NCBI RefSeq assembly: GCF_000091665.1
Contig: NC_000909.1
Location: forward strand, 212,871-244,870
From: Methanocaldococcus jannaschii DSM 2661
GTDB lineage: Archaea; AGJL01; Methanococci; Methanococcales; Methanocaldococcaceae
Length of the DNA: 32,000 bases
Reading direction: 5' to 3'
The notes under the pieces were generated by a model. The model did no database searches. It was given only the letters and a program-made list of their open reading frames with translations, and was not told the DNA's origin. Below, piece by piece: positions 8,671 to 19,325 of the stretch (the stretch's first letter is position 1; each line of letters opens with the position of its first letter). The position numbers and the translations under genes are program-made.

Positions 8671-9921
8671 TTAATTAATAATTTCACCCTTAAACACTAC
8701 TGAAGGAGAAATTAACTTCCCTCTCTGTTCAACATCGTTTAATGGGATAGCTTCTTTAAACATCTCAAATATATTCCCTCCAAACATTCCTCTTTTAATT
8801 GGAATTATCTTCCCATTTTTGTAATAGTATGAGTTTTGAATCTCAACAGCAAAATCTCCAGTTATTGGATTTGATGTGTGAGAGCCAATAACTCCATTGA
8901 TATAAACATACTCATCAAAATCATCTAAGCTATTTTTTGTTTCTTTAATAATAAAGTTTGTTGGTGAAACATAAGGTAAAGAGCGATAACCTCTTGAAGC
9001 ATTTCCAGTTGATGTTTTTCCTTCTCTATTTGCTCTCTTTATATCATATAGGTAGTTTTTCAAAACTCCATTCTCAACCAAAACTGTTTTTTGGGTAGCT
9101 GTTCCTTCACCATCACACTTTGATGAGTATAGGGCATAATCTAAAGTCCCATCATCAATTATTGTTATATTCTCTCCAAAAATCTGCTCTCCTATCTTTC
9201 CTTTTAAAACACTCCTATCCCTCTGCACATTTTCAGCACTGAATGCTGGCATTAACGTATAGGATAACAAGTCATACAATGCCCTTGGTGATAAAACTAT
9301 ATTCCCTTTGTAAGATATGGCTTTTCCATTTGCTGACTTCTTAGCTAAATCCAATGCCCTATAGCTAATTTCTTCAACATCAAAAATGTTGTGCCTTGTT
9401 CTACATTCATAGGATGTTTCTCCATCATACATTATAGATATTGCCGCAGAGAAATAAGTATCTTGTTCTTCAACATCTACGCCGTTTGAATTTATCAATC
9501 TTGCATAGCCAACCTCTTTACTAACACCTCCACTCAAAACAATGGCATTATTATCTAAGGCAATATCTCTCATGGTTATTAAATCCTCTAACAATTTTTC
9601 TTCATCTAAATCCAAAATTTCTTTATAAAACATTCCTTTTGGTTCTTTATATTTTTGTGGATGGGCAAATTCAGTATATTTATCTTCAACTAAGTTTTTC
9701 ATTGCTTTATAAACAATATTTTCATCAAATTTATTTGCATAGGCAAAGCCAACTTTCCCATCCTTTATAACTCTAACTCCAATACCGTAAGAGATTCCAG
9801 TTTGAAAGCTATCTACACTCTTTCCATCTAAATCAACACTAACCTCATAGGATTTAACAAATAAAACTTCAGTTTCAAATCCTTCTTTTTCTCCAATTTT
9901 TATTAACTTTTCTAAATCCAT
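8671..9921 (-). CDS. pmbA: TldE/PmbA-family metalloprotease component
   Basis: 416 aa. The full-length PmbA/TldD fold signature is present, including the C-terminal GDFAVEI...GG motif. Confidence 0.8.
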   Translation of the reverse strand: MDLEKLIKIGEKEGFETEVLFVKSYEVSVDLDGKSVDSFQTGISYGIGVRVIKDGKVGFAYANKFDENIVYKAMKNLVEDKYTEFAHPQKYKEPKGMFYKEILDLDEEKLLEDLITMRDIALDNNAIVLSGGVSKEVGYARLINSNGVDVEEQDTYFSAAISIMYDGETSYECRTRHNIFDVEEISYRALDLAKKSANGKAISYKGNIVLSPRALYDLLSYTLMPAFSAENVQRDRSVLKGKIGEQIFGENITIIDDGTLDYALYSSKCDGEGTATQKTVLVENGVLKNYLYDIKRANREGKTSTGNASRGYRSLPYVSPTNFIIKETKNSLDDFDEYVYINGVIGSHTSNPITGDFAVEIQNSYYYKNGKIIPIKRGMFGGNIFEMFKEAIPLNDVEQRGKLISPSVVFKGEIIN

Positions 9922-9944
9922 AATCTCACCTAATTAAACATTAA

Positions 9945-9996
9945 AATAGAAAAAAAGTTGAAATATAGTTTCTTGTAAAACATTTTGAAAGAAACT
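9945..9996 (-). terminator. Possible eno terminator: hairpin followed by an oligo-T tract
   Basis: AGTTTCTT (9967-9974) pairs with AAGAAACT (9989-9996). On the minus strand this is followed by CAACTTTTTTTC, 57 nt or more after the eno stop. Confidence 0.3.
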
Positions 9997-10052
9997 TTTA
10001 GGAAAGATTGGATGAAAACCTTAAAACTTAGGTATTAAAAAATTAGAAAAAT

Positions 10053-11336
10053 TTAAAATGGACATCTAAAGTTTCTCCCAGCATATTTGCTTAATCCTAA
10101 CTCTTGCTCAATTCTTATCAACTGATTGTATTTAGCTGTTCTCTCCCCTCTTGCTGGAGCTCCAGTCTTTATTTGTCCAGAGTTCAAAGCAACTGACAAA
10201 TCAGCTATTGTTGTATCCTCAGTCTCTCCACTTCTATGTGAAACAACTACACCATAACCATTTCTAAATGCCAATTGAGCAGCATCAACTGCCTCACTTA
10301 AAGTTCCAATCTGATTGACTTTCAAAAGCAGAGCGTTAGCAGCCTTCATCTCAATACCTTTTCTAAGCCTTTCAACATTTGTAACAAACAAGTCATCTCC
10401 AACTATCTGTATATCTAATTCTTTAGTTATCATTGCAAAGCCTTCAAAATCTTCCTCATGGAATGGGTCTTCAATTGAGACTATTGGATATTCATCAACT
10501 AATGCTTTATAGTAATCTAAAAGCTCCTCTCTTGTTAATTTTTTACCTTCAACGTAATAATATCCATCTTTATAAAACTCTGAGGCAGCAGCATCTAATG
10601 CAAAGACAACCTCATCCTCATACCCAGCCTTTTTAACACTCTCAGTTAATAAATCTAAAGCCTCCCTTGATGTTTTTAATGGTGGAGCAAAACCTCCCTC
10701 ATCTCCAACATTTACAGCATTTTTTCCATATTTTTCTAAGATGACATTTTTTAAGACATGATAAACTTCTGAACCCATCCTTACAGCTTCAGAAATTGAT
10801 GTAGCTCCAACTGGCATTATCATGAACTCTTGCAAATCTAAATCATTCCCAGCGTGTTTTCCTCCATTTATAACGTTCATCATTGGAACTGGCATGACAT
10901 AGGAGTTAAATCCCCCCAAGTATTTATAGAGAGGGATTTTTGCTGTTGCTGCTGCTGCCTTTGCTACAGCTAAAGAAACAGCCAATATGGCATTAGCTCC
11001 CAATCTTGATTTATTTGGAGTACCATCTAATTCTATCATTATTGTATCTATTTCTCTCTGCATTCTTGCATCATAACCTAAAATCTCTGGTCTAATTATT
11101 GAATTTACATTTTCAACAGCCATTAAAACTCCTTTTCCACCAAATCTCTTTTCTTTATCCCTCAACTCTAATGCCTCATGTGTTCCAGTTGATGCACCAC
11201 TTGGAACAATTGCTGAACCGTAACCATTCCCTTTTGTTATAACTTCCACTTCAACTGTTGGGTTTCCTCTTGAGTCAATTACTTCTCTTGCAACAATATC
11301 TTTAATTTCAAATCTCTCATCCATATTATATAACAA
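10053..11336 (-). CDS. eno: Enolase (2-phosphoglycerate dehydratase)
   Basis: 427 aa. [24 protein letters not shown] and SHRSGETED motifs are present. Confidence 0.97.
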   Translation of the reverse strand: MLYNMDERFEIKDIVAREVIDSRGNPTVEVEVITKGNGYGSAIVPSGASTGTHEALELRDKEKRFGGKGVLMAVENVNSIIRPEILGYDARMQREIDTIMIELDGTPNKSRLGANAILAVSLAVAKAAAATAKIPLYKYLGGFNSYVMPVPMMNVINGGKHAGNDLDLQEFMIMPVGATSISEAVRMGSEVYHVLKNVILEKYGKNAVNVGDEGGFAPPLKTSREALDLLTESVKKAGYEDEVVFALDAAASEFYKDGYYYVEGKKLTREELLDYYKALVDEYPIVSIEDPFHEEDFEGFAMITKELDIQIVGDDLFVTNVERLRKGIEMKAANALLLKVNQIGTLSEAVDAAQLAFRNGYGVVVSHRSGETEDTTIADLSVALNSGQIKTGAPARGERTAKYNQLIRIEQELGLSKYAGRNFRCPF

Positions 11337-11407
11337 ATTATCACCTAATAGATATTTTTAAATACTTTAATTATGAATTTTTATAATAAACTTGGAGGTG
11401 AAGTTAT

Positions 11408-12241
11408 ATGGGAACTATTGAGAGTTATTTAACGAACTCATATAACTATATTATCTTTAACTTTAAAAAGTTATGTATTGGGGGCTTAATGAGTGCCATA
11501 GTTGGAGCAATGAGTGGAGTCACTACTGCATTTATTGATTTATTTATGGAAAGGGCTAATTATGACATTATGCATATTATAATGTCATTTTTAATTTATT
11601 TTGGGATAATTTTTATCATTGGGCTAATTGTTTCTGCTATTATAGGAGGATACAATGTGAGAATTATGAAGACTACTGTTGAAGGATTAAATGTAGCTCC
11701 TGATTGGAATAACATTACTGATTTGCTGTATAGGGGAATACTATATATTGTTGGGTTAGTTTTATTAAATATTATATTTTACTTTATCCCAGCAATTTTA
11801 TTTGTTTTTGGAATATTTTCACTATACATTAGCAAAATTATTGGGGCTTTCCTTATTATAATCTCAATACTAATTTTTATAATTTCAGTAATTAGTTTAT
11901 GGCTTTATTCTAAGTTGGCAGAGGTTAATTATTCAGTTAAAGGATTTTATGGATTCTTTGAATTTAAAGAAATATTTAAGATGATTGGGATAAGATACAT
12001 AATCTTAGTGATTATCATAGCAATTATTAATTTTATAATAAGTCTAATAGTTGTTTTACCACTTAATATTATTGATATATTTATCTCATATTCAGCATTA
12101 GCTAACAGTATTTTAACAATAATTTATATATCAATAAAGGGAATATCTTACGCATTATCAACATTTGTTGATTTCTATTTAGGTGTGTTTTCAATAAGGG
12201 CAGTTGCATTATACTATAAAGATAGAAAGGGGATAACATGA
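11408..12241 (+). CDS. Polytopic membrane protein of unknown function
   Basis: 277 aa with about 7 hydrophobic helices. Its stop overlaps the trpD start (ATGA). Confidence 0.7.
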
Positions 12242-13248
12242 TAACTGAGGCATTAAAAAAGGTTATTGAATTTAAGGATTTAGATGAAAAAGAGGCAGAG
12301 GCTGTTATGAAAGACATCATGAGTGGAAATGCAAAACCTACACAAATAGCTGCTATCTTAACAGCTTTAAGAATGAAAGGAGAAACTATAGAAGAAATAA
12401 CTGCCTTTGCAAAGATTATGAGAGAATTTTCACTAAAAATAAATCCTAATGTTCCTAAGCTTTTAGATACTTGCGGAACTGGAGGAGATAATTTAAACAC
12501 ATTCAATATAAGCACTGCCACAGCCTTTGTAGTCTCTGCCTATGTTCCAGTTGCAAAGCATGGAAATAAAGCAGTGAGCAGTAAAAGTGGAAGTGCTGAC
12601 GTCTTAGAGGCATTAGGAGTTAATCTAAATGTTCCTATTGAGAGGGTTAAAGAATCTATAGAGAAAATTGGCATTGGGTTTTTGTTTGCCCCTCACTTTC
12701 ACCCAGCGATGAAGTTCGCTACACCAGTTAGGAAGGAGTTGGGGATAAGGACTGTTTTTAATGTATTAGGACCTTTAACAAATCCAGCTAACGCTAATTA
12801 TCAACTAATGGGAGTTTATGATGAAAAATTGACGGAGAAATTGGCAAATGTTTTAAAGAATTTGGGATTGAAGGGGGCTTTAGTAGTACATGGTAGTGGA
12901 ATGGACGAAATCACTACTATAGGAAAAACAAAAATATCTGAGTTAAGAAATGGGGAGATAAAAAGCTATTACATTGAACCAGAGGATTTTGGCATTAAAA
13001 AAGCTAAGTTAGAAGATATTAGAGGGGGAGATGCTGAAGAAAATGCCAAGATAATTGGGGAGATATTTGAAGGTGAGGAGGTTGGAGCTAAGAGGGATAT
13101 TGTTGTCTTAAATGCTGCCTTTGCCCTATATATTGCTGAAGAGGCTAAAGATGTTGAAGAGGGTATTAAATTAGCTGAAAAATCCATTGATGAAGGTAAA
13201 GCGTTAAAAAAATTAGAGGATTTAATTGAATTCTATAGAGAGGGTTAA
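12238..13248 (+). CDS. trpD: Anthranilate phosphoribosyltransferase
   Basis: 336 aa. [27 protein letters not shown] and NPANA motifs are present. Confidence 0.95.
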
Positions 13249-13250
13249 GT

Positions 13251-13499
13251 ATGGAAAAATTAATAATAAACTCAATGAAAAAGGTATTTTTAGAAGAGCT
13301 GAAAGATCTTGAGAATGAATTAAATCAAATTTTTAAAAAATATAATGTTAAAAGTAAAGATGAGCTTAAAAAGAAAATAGCTAATGGAGAAATTAAAGAA
13401 GAGCAAATTAAAGATGACTTAGAGAGAATTGAATTTTTAGAGGAGAATATAGAGAGGGTTATGAAGTGTTTAAGAGAGATAAATGTGAAATCATTATAA
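13251..13499 (+). CDS. Small coiled-coil protein of unknown function
   Basis: 82-aa charged helical ORF tightly packed between trpD and thiDN. Confidence 0.55.
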   Translation: MEKLIINSMKKVFLEELKDLENELNQIFKKYNVKSKDELKKKIANGEIKEEQIKDDLERIEFLEENIERVMKCLREINVKSL

Positions 13500-13515
13500 A
13501 ATTTTGGTGATTTTA

Positions 13516-14769
13516 ATGGTTATTTTAGCTATTGGTGGCTACGACCCTACAAGTGGAGCTGGCATCTCTGCTGATATAAAAACAGCCCATACATTGGGAG
13601 TTTATTGCCCAACAATAACAACATCAGTAATTCCTCAAAATAATAAAATGGTTTATGAAAAGTTTGATTTACCAGAGGAGAATATAAAAAATCAGTTTAA
13701 GGCCGTTTTTGAGGAGTTTGATATTGAATATGTTAAGACTGGAGTTTTAACAAAACCAGCTATCGATACTCTGCTAAAATATATTGACAAGTATGATTTA
13801 AAAGTTATATGCGACCCGGTTCTTGCATCTACAACAAAGTTTTCATTTGTTGATGAAAAGTTGATGGAAAAATATATTGAGCTTTTTAATAAGAGCTTTT
13901 TAATAACTCCTAACAAAGAAGAATATAAGAAAATCATGGAATTTATAAAAAATAACAATCTGATGATTAGAAATGATTTATACATCTTAGCTACTGGCAT
14001 TGATGACATTTTAATGAAAAATTTTAAACCTATAAAGACATTTAAAGGATTTAGAGTTGATAAAGAAGTTCATGGAACTGGTTGTGTTTATTCAACAGCT
14101 ATAACTGCTTTTTTATCTAAGGGCTATGATTTAGAAGAGGCAATTAAAGAGGCAAAGAGATTTGTTTTATCTTCAGTTATCTATGCCAAAAAATCAAAGT
14201 TTGGCTATAACTCTAACCCAACTTATATCAATAAAGAAAAAGTGATAAAAAACCTTAGCTATGCCATATATTTATTAAAAAAGATGAACTTTACGTTAAT
14301 CCCAGAGGTTGGTAGTAATATAGCTGAGTCTCTACCATTTCCAAAAGATTTTAAGGATGTTGCTGCATTAACTGGAAGGATAATAAAAAATAAGCTTGGA
14401 GGTTTTTATATTGTTGGAGATATTGAGTTTGGAGCTTCTGAGCATATAGCAAAGATAATTTTATCTGCAAGCAAATTCAACCCAGAGATAAGGGCTTGCA
14501 TGAATATAAAATATGATGGGGGGTTAATAAAGTTGTTGAAGGATAAATTTGCAGTTTCTTCATTTGATAGAAAAGAAGAGCCGCCAAATGTCTCAACTAT
14601 GGAATGGGGAACAAAAATAGCTTGTGAAAAATTTGGTGGAGTTCCAGACATTATTTATGATAGGGGAGGGGAAGGAAAAGAGCCGATGATTAGAGTTTTA
14701 GGTAGAGATGCTATTGAAGTTGTTAAAAAAGTTGAAGTTATTCAAAAGATATATAACACATTAATGTAA
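13516..14769 (+). CDS. thiDN: Bifunctional HMP/HMP-P kinase (ThiD) and ThiN-type thiamine-phosphate synthase
   Basis: The N-terminus (AIGGYDPTSGAGISADIKT...HGTGC) is ThiD. The C-terminal domain of about 170 aa matches archaeal ThiN. ATG 13516 follows GGTGA. The track start at TTG 13504 is less likely. Confidence 0.85.
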   Translation: MVILAIGGYDPTSGAGISADIKTAHTLGVYCPTITTSVIPQNNKMVYEKFDLPEENIKNQFKAVFEEFDIEYVKTGVLTKPAIDTLLKYIDKYDLKVICDPVLASTTKFSFVDEKLMEKYIELFNKSFLITPNKEEYKKIMEFIKNNNLMIRNDLYILATGIDDILMKNFKPIKTFKGFRVDKEVHGTGCVYSTAITAFLSKGYDLEEAIKEAKRFVLSSVIYAKKSKFGYNSNPTYINKEKVIKNLSYAIYLLKKMNFTLIPEVGSNIAESLPFPKDFKDVAALTGRIIKNKLGGFYIVGDIEFGASEHIAKIILSASKFNPEIRACMNIKYDGGLIKLLKDKFAVSSFDRKEEPPNVSTMEWGTKIACEKFGGVPDIIYDRGGEGKEPMIRVLGRDAIEVVKKVEVIQKIYNTLM

Positions 14770-14833
14770 ATATTTAAACATTTTAATTAAATTTTATAAA
14801 ATTATAAAACTAAACCTTTTAGAAATCAAAAAA

Positions 14834-14910
14834 TGGTGGACTGGGCGGGATTTGAACCCGCGGCCTCCGCACAGCCAATGCGGCGCTCTCCCAGTCTGAG
14901 CTACCAGCCC
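14834..14910 (-). tRNA. tRNA-Ala (anticodon GGC), encoded CCA
   Basis: Reverse complement: GGGCTGG TA GCTC AGACTGGGA GAGC G CCGCA TTGGCTG TGCGG AGGCC GCGGG TTCAAAT CCCGC CCAGTCC A CCA. The G3:U70 alanine identity pair is present. Position 37 reads U, which is unusual. Confidence 0.85.
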
Positions 14911-14915
14911 ACAAA

Positions 14916-15017
14916 ACAATCAATCATCAAAGTTTAGGTATGTAATTAAATTTATTTAAAAACCCATTGGGTTTTTATATTTTCCATAGTAAATAAGTTT
15001 ATTTGATGATTGATTGT
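14916..15017. repeat. About 100-bp composite palindrome upstream of tRNA-Ala
   Basis: A 15-16-bp perfect inverted repeat, CAATCAATCATCAAA (14917-14931) and TTTGATGATTGATTG (15002-15016), encloses a near-concentric hairpin AAAAACCC-ATT-GGGTTTTT (14958-14976). Confidence 0.6.
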
Positions 15018-15149
15018 AGCAGTGTTCTTATAATATCATCTTCATATATAAACTTTTCTATCATTTATTTAAATTAATAAATTAAAAAGAAGGTATTTAA
15101 AGAAAATCCCCAATTTTTAAATTAAATAAAAAATGAGAGAGGGAAGACT

Positions 15150-16850
15150 ATGGATATCAAAAGTAATATCATCAATGCATTAAAAGAAGTAATTAGCAAA
15201 GAGATATGTAAAGAGATTGACATAAAGTTGGATAAAACACCAAACTTAGAGTTAGGAGATTATTCTGTAAATATCTGCTTCAGATTAGCTAAAGAGCTAA
15301 AAAAGAATCCAAAAATTATTGCTGAAGAGTTGGTAGATAAGTTAAAAGCTATGAACATTGAAGGAGTTAAAGAGATAAAGGCAGTCAATGGATATATAAA
15401 CTTCTATATTGATTATAACAAATTTGCTAAAAATTTAATGGAAGAGATTGATAAAAAAGGAAATAATTATGGTAGAGGAGATAAAAAATCTATAAAAATC
15501 ATCTTAGAACATACATCAGCAAATCCAAATGGGCCTTTACATATTGGACATTTAAGAAATGCCATTATTGGAGATTGTTTAAAGAGAATATTAGAATTCT
15601 ATGGATATGATGTTGAAACCCACTACTATGTAAATGATATGGGTAGGCAGATGGCTTTGGTTGTTTATGGAATTGAATTATTTGGTTTAGACAAAGAAAA
15701 AAAGAAAGACCATGCAATTGCTGAAACTTATGTAAAAATTAATAAATATTTGGAAGAGCATCCAGAAGAGGAAGAAAAGATTCTTGAATTAATGAGAAAG
15801 TATGAAGATGCTTTAGAAAACAATGAAGATAATGAAATAACTAAAAAATTTGAATTTGCAGTAAATTATGCATTGGATGGAATAAAAGAGACATTAAAGA
15901 ATTTAAATATTAAGCATGATACCTTTGTTTGGGAAAGCTCTTATGTAAGAAATGGAATGGTTAAAAAGGTTATAGAAAAATTAATGGAAACTGGAAAGGT
16001 AATTAAAGAAGAAACCTATATGCTTGATTTATCAGACTTTGGCATTGAAAAGAAAATGGTTTTAGCAAGGGCAAACGGAACAAGCTTGTATTCAACAAGA
16101 GATATTGCCTATCACTTAGATAAGTTATCAAAGTGCGATATAGGAATAGATGTCTTAGGGGCTGACCACAAATTAACGGCAGAGATGGTTAAAGCAGCTT
16201 TAAAACTCCTTGGAAGCAAAGTGCCAGAAGTTATATTCTATGAATTCATCTCCCTTCCAGAAGGTTCAATGAGTACAAGAAGAGGAAGATTTATAAGTAC
16301 CGATGAGTTGTTAGAAGAGGCGATAAAAAGGGCTAAAGAAGAGTGTAATAAGAGAGGTGTTGAGGAAAATATTGCCTATGATATTGGATTAGGGGCAGTT
16401 AGATACAACATTGCAAGAATTTCTCCTGAAAAGCCAATGGTATTTAGATGGGAAGAAGCCTTAGACTTTGAAAAAGTTGGATGTCCATTTATACAGTATG
16501 CACACGCAAGATGTTGCAGTATTTTAAAAGAAGCGGAAAATAAAGGAGTTAAAGATGAAGCAGTATTTAACTATGAACTAACCAGTGAGGAGAAAGAATT
16601 AATTAAGATGTTGGATGAATTTAAGGATATAATTAAAGAGAGTGCTGAAAGTAGAAGAGTACATATATTAGCCAACTACTTATTAGAGCTTGCCAAGGCA
16701 TTCAATAGATTTTACGCAAACTGTCCAATTTTAATGACAAAAGTTGATGATGATGTTAAAAAATCAAGATTAAAGTTGGTTAAAAGCACTAAGACAGTAT
16801 TAGAGACAGGTTTAGAATTGTTAGGAATAAATTGCCCAGGAAGGATGTAG
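15150..16850 (+). CDS. argS: Arginyl-tRNA synthetase
   Basis: 566 aa. HIGH-type [20 protein letters not shown] (a KMSKS variant), and a C-terminal DALR anticodon-binding domain ending in M. Confidence 0.95.
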   Translation: MDIKSNIINALKEVISKEICKEIDIKLDKTPNLELGDYSVNICFRLAKELKKNPKIIAEELVDKLKAMNIEGVKEIKAVNGYINFYIDYNKFAKNLMEEIDKKGNNYGRGDKKSIKIILEHTSANPNGPLHIGHLRNAIIGDCLKRILEFYGYDVETHYYVNDMGRQMALVVYGIELFGLDKEKKKDHAIAETYVKINKYLEEHPEEEEKILELMRKYEDALENNEDNEITKKFEFAVNYALDGIKETLKNLNIKHDTFVWESSYVRNGMVKKVIEKLMETGKVIKEETYMLDLSDFGIEKKMVLARANGTSLYSTRDIAYHLDKLSKCDIGIDVLGADHKLTAEMVKAALKLLGSKVPEVIFYEFISLPEGSMSTRRGRFISTDELLEEAIKRAKEECNKRGVEENIAYDIGLGAVRYNIARISPEKPMVFRWEEALDFEKVGCPFIQYAHARCCSILKEAENKGVKDEAVFNYELTSEEKELIKMLDEFKDIIKESAESRRVHILANYLLELAKAFNRFYANCPILMTKVDDDVKKSRLKLVKSTKTVLETGLELLGINCPGRM

Positions 16851-16981
16851 GATGTAAAATTATTTAATTATTTTTTGTACTAAATTTTTAAGATTTTTAT
16901 AGTAAAAGGTGATTATTATCCTTTATAATTATGTCTTATATTTTAATGTTAGGATGGGACAATTTTGGGGGATTGATTTAA

Positions 16982-17575
16982 ATGGAGGTTAAAAAAGTGC
17001 TTGTTATCGACAATATTGACTCATTTGTCTGGAATTTAGTCCAATATGTAGGGACTTTAGGGTATAAAGTTAAGTTAGTGGATAACAAAATCACATTAGA
17101 TGAAATAAAGAAAATAAATCCAGATAGAATAATTATAAGCCCAGGACCAAAAACTCCAAAAGAGGCTGGAAATTGTATAAAGATTATTCAAGAGGTAGAT
17201 ATTCCAATATTGGGAGTTTGTTTAGGACATCAGTGTATTGTTGAGGCGTTTGGTGGAGAGGTTGGGAGAGCAAAGAGAGTTATGCATGGAAAGGCAAGTT
17301 TAATAAATCATGATGGAGAAGGTATCTTTAAAGACATTCCCAATCCATTCTATGGAGGAAGGTATCATTCTTTAATAGCTAAAGAAGTTCCAAAAGAGTT
17401 AAAAATAACTGCTAAGAGTTTAGATGATAACTATATTATGGGAGTTAGGCATAAAAAGCTACCAATTGAAGGTGTTCAGTTCCATCCGGAGAGTATATTA
17501 ACTGAATCAGATAACTTAAAATTCCCAGATTTGGGCTTAAAACTTATTAAAAATTTTGTTGAAAGTGAATATTAA
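16982..17575 (+). CDS. trpG: Anthranilate synthase component II (glutamine amidotransferase, TrpG/PabA type)
   Basis: 197 aa. The class I GATase triad context is present (GVCLGHQ, QFHPES). Confidence 0.9.
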   Translation: MEVKKVLVIDNIDSFVWNLVQYVGTLGYKVKLVDNKITLDEIKKINPDRIIISPGPKTPKEAGNCIKIIQEVDIPILGVCLGHQCIVEAFGGEVGRAKRVMHGKASLINHDGEGIFKDIPNPFYGGRYHSLIAKEVPKELKITAKSLDDNYIMGVRHKKLPIEGVQFHPESILTESDNLKFPDLGLKLIKNFVESEY

Positions 17576-17623
17576 CTTCTTAAAATTAGTTAAAAATTTA
17601 AAAATTTCAAAAAGAAATCTTAA

Positions 17624-18118
17624 GTGAAAAATATGGATGTTTATGAAATACTATACCAATTTTGCTTAGAATATGAAGTATTGTTAGATGATGAAAAAAT
17701 CCCCCTATGGAAATTAAAAAAAGAAGATTTAGATAAGGTTGATTTAGATTTACCTTGGACTTCTATTAGAGATTTAGCCATCTATTTATATGAGCTAAAA
17801 AAGAAACAACAAAACTCTAAAGAACTTATTAAATGTGATATAGTGGAGATTTTAGTAGGAATTGCTTTATTAAAGCCAGAGGAAGGAAGCAATTACATGG
17901 GACTTGTTACGGAAGATATGTGTCTAACATATTTAAGTGAGCTTATAACTGCAAGAATCAACTGTATAGCAAGATACTACTATATGATGAAAAAGCCACA
18001 AAACACAAATATATTTGACGAAATAATATTAAAATTTCCTCAAAAAAAGGACATAAGAGCTTCTAACATAAACGATTTAAGGGAGTTAGTTGGAAAAATT
18101 AGAAATTATTTTAAATAA
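17624..18118 (+). CDS. Hypothetical protein
   Basis: 164-aa ORF with no recognisable motif. The start could be GTG 17624 or ATG 17633. Confidence 0.6.
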   Translation: MKNMDVYEILYQFCLEYEVLLDDEKIPLWKLKKEDLDKVDLDLPWTSIRDLAIYLYELKKKQQNSKELIKCDIVEILVGIALLKPEEGSNYMGLVTEDMCLTYLSELITARINCIARYYYMMKKPQNTNIFDEIILKFPQKKDIRASNINDLRELVGKIRNYFK

Positions 18119-18119
18119 T

Positions 18120-18218
18120 CTAAAAACCCATTAAAAATACTGGAATTATTGATAACATCATAACTAAAGCTACAAATATCGCCAATATTTGCCTCTTACC
18201 TATTTTTGTTTTTTTCAT
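18120..18218 (-). CDS. Candidate 32-aa hydrophobic micro-protein, translationally coupled to the CYTH gene
   Basis: Hand translation: MKKTKIGKRQILAIFVALVMMLSIIPVFLMGF. Its ATG (18218-18216) overlaps the TAA stop of the upstream CYTH gene in a TAATG junction. It has a basic N-terminus followed by one TM helix. It is too short for the ORF track. Confidence 0.4.
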   Translation of the reverse strand: MKKTKIGKRQILAIFVALVMMLSIIPVFLMGF

Positions 18219-18745
18219 TATAATCCCCTTAGCTCCAAGTATGATTTTCTAATGATATTGTCTTTACTAATATTTAAAGCTTTCAGTATCTCCATCATCT
18301 CCTCTAAAACCTTATCTTTTTCATTAATATCTGATATTGACTTTTCTAATTCTAAGAATAAGCCAAGACCCTCAACATCATCAATACTTGCCTCTATATC
18401 CTCCTTTTTGTAAATCTCCCTAATCTTTCTGATTGGTGGAACTTCTTTAAATCCAAGTTTTTTAAATATTTGCCTCATCTTTTCTTTATCCTCTATTTTT
18501 ACTTCAATCTCTTCTCTTGTTTTTGATATTTTATCTATTTTTGGACCTTTATAGGTAACAAAGAAATTTCCATCCTCATCCCTAATTCTCAAAGCTTCAT
18601 CAGTTTCTCTAAAGTCCCTATCAATTCCATTGAAATAAATATCCTCCTGAAATTTCTTCTTGATAAATTTAAATCCAAGTTTTTTTAATTGCTCTACAAC
18701 TTTATTTTTATCATCAATTTTTACCTTAATCTCAACCTCTATCAT
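18218..18745 (-). CDS. CYTH-domain triphosphate tunnel metalloenzyme (class IV adenylate cyclase / thiamine-triphosphatase family)
   Basis: 175 aa. The N-terminal EVEIKVK (ExExK) signature and alternating charged beta-strands are typical of CYTH. Confidence 0.8.
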   Translation of the reverse strand: MIEVEIKVKIDDKNKVVEQLKKLGFKFIKKKFQEDIYFNGIDRDFRETDEALRIRDEDGNFFVTYKGPKIDKISKTREEIEVKIEDKEKMRQIFKKLGFKEVPPIRKIREIYKKEDIEASIDDVEGLGLFLELEKSISDINEKDKVLEEMMEILKALNISKDNIIRKSYLELRGL

Positions 18746-18751
18746 AACAAC

Positions 18752-19189
18752 TCACCAAAGAATGGAGATTTTTTCAACCACATCCTCCAAAGTATTTTTT
18801 ATCTCATCCTTATCTACATTTTCCACAACTAAGTAAATAATTACCTCATCTCCTTCTCTCTCAAGGACTGTTGATGTTATATTGCCCCCAATCTTTGATA
18901 TTCTTGAAGTTATATCAGCTAACAAACCAATCCTATCCTTAGCAACAATCTGCAATTTTAAAGATCCTAAGGTAATTTCTCCTTTTTCTAACAAATATAA
19001 CCCTTCTTTTGTTAATCTAACTCCTCCATTTCTACCTTTTTTTGTTTCCACTAATCCCAAATCTCTTAAAACTCTAATTTTAACATCTAAGTTTTTTGGA
19101 TGCATGTTTAGTTTTTTAGCAAGTTCTTTAATTGTTATTGGCTCTTTTAAATGTTCCATAATTTTTTTGGTTAAGCCAACAACTTTCAT
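18752..19189 (-). CDS. Regulator with an N-terminal winged HTH and a C-terminal ACT domain
   Basis: 145 aa. The N-terminus is ITIKELAKKLNMHPKNLDVKIRVLRDLGLV and the C-terminus is LQIVAKDRIGLLADITSRISKIGGNITS (ACT). Confidence 0.7.
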   Translation of the reverse strand: MKVVGLTKKIMEHLKEPITIKELAKKLNMHPKNLDVKIRVLRDLGLVETKKGRNGGVRLTKEGLYLLEKGEITLGSLKLQIVAKDRIGLLADITSRISKIGGNITSTVLEREGDEVIIYLVVENVDKDEIKNTLEDVVEKISILW

Positions 19190-19256
19190 AATCTCACAAT
19201 TTATTTAAATTAATTGATTAATTTTTCTATAAAAATAAAATAAGGAAAGTAAAAAA

Positions 19257-19325
19257 TTATGACCTAGCTCTCTTTCTCTCTCTCTTTAACCTTCTTAATC
19301 TTTTCTTGTACCACTTCCATCTCAT
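19257..19325 (-). CDS. rpl41e: Ribosomal protein L41e (eL41)-like micro-ORF
   Basis: Hand translation from ATG 19325-19323 gives [22 protein letters not shown], stop at 19259-19257. This closely resembles eukaryotic eL41 ([25 protein letters not shown], recalled from memory). The same frame stays open and basic upstream to 19376, but that stretch has no canonical start. Confidence 0.6.
   Translation of the reverse strand: MRWKWYKKRLRRLKRERKRARS

Noticed and set aside
16840-16858. A tandem 7-nt duplication, GGATGTA GGATGTA, spanning the argS stop codon.
   Set aside because: It is too short to be meaningful. ArgRS normally ends in Met, and the first copy already supplies the stop.
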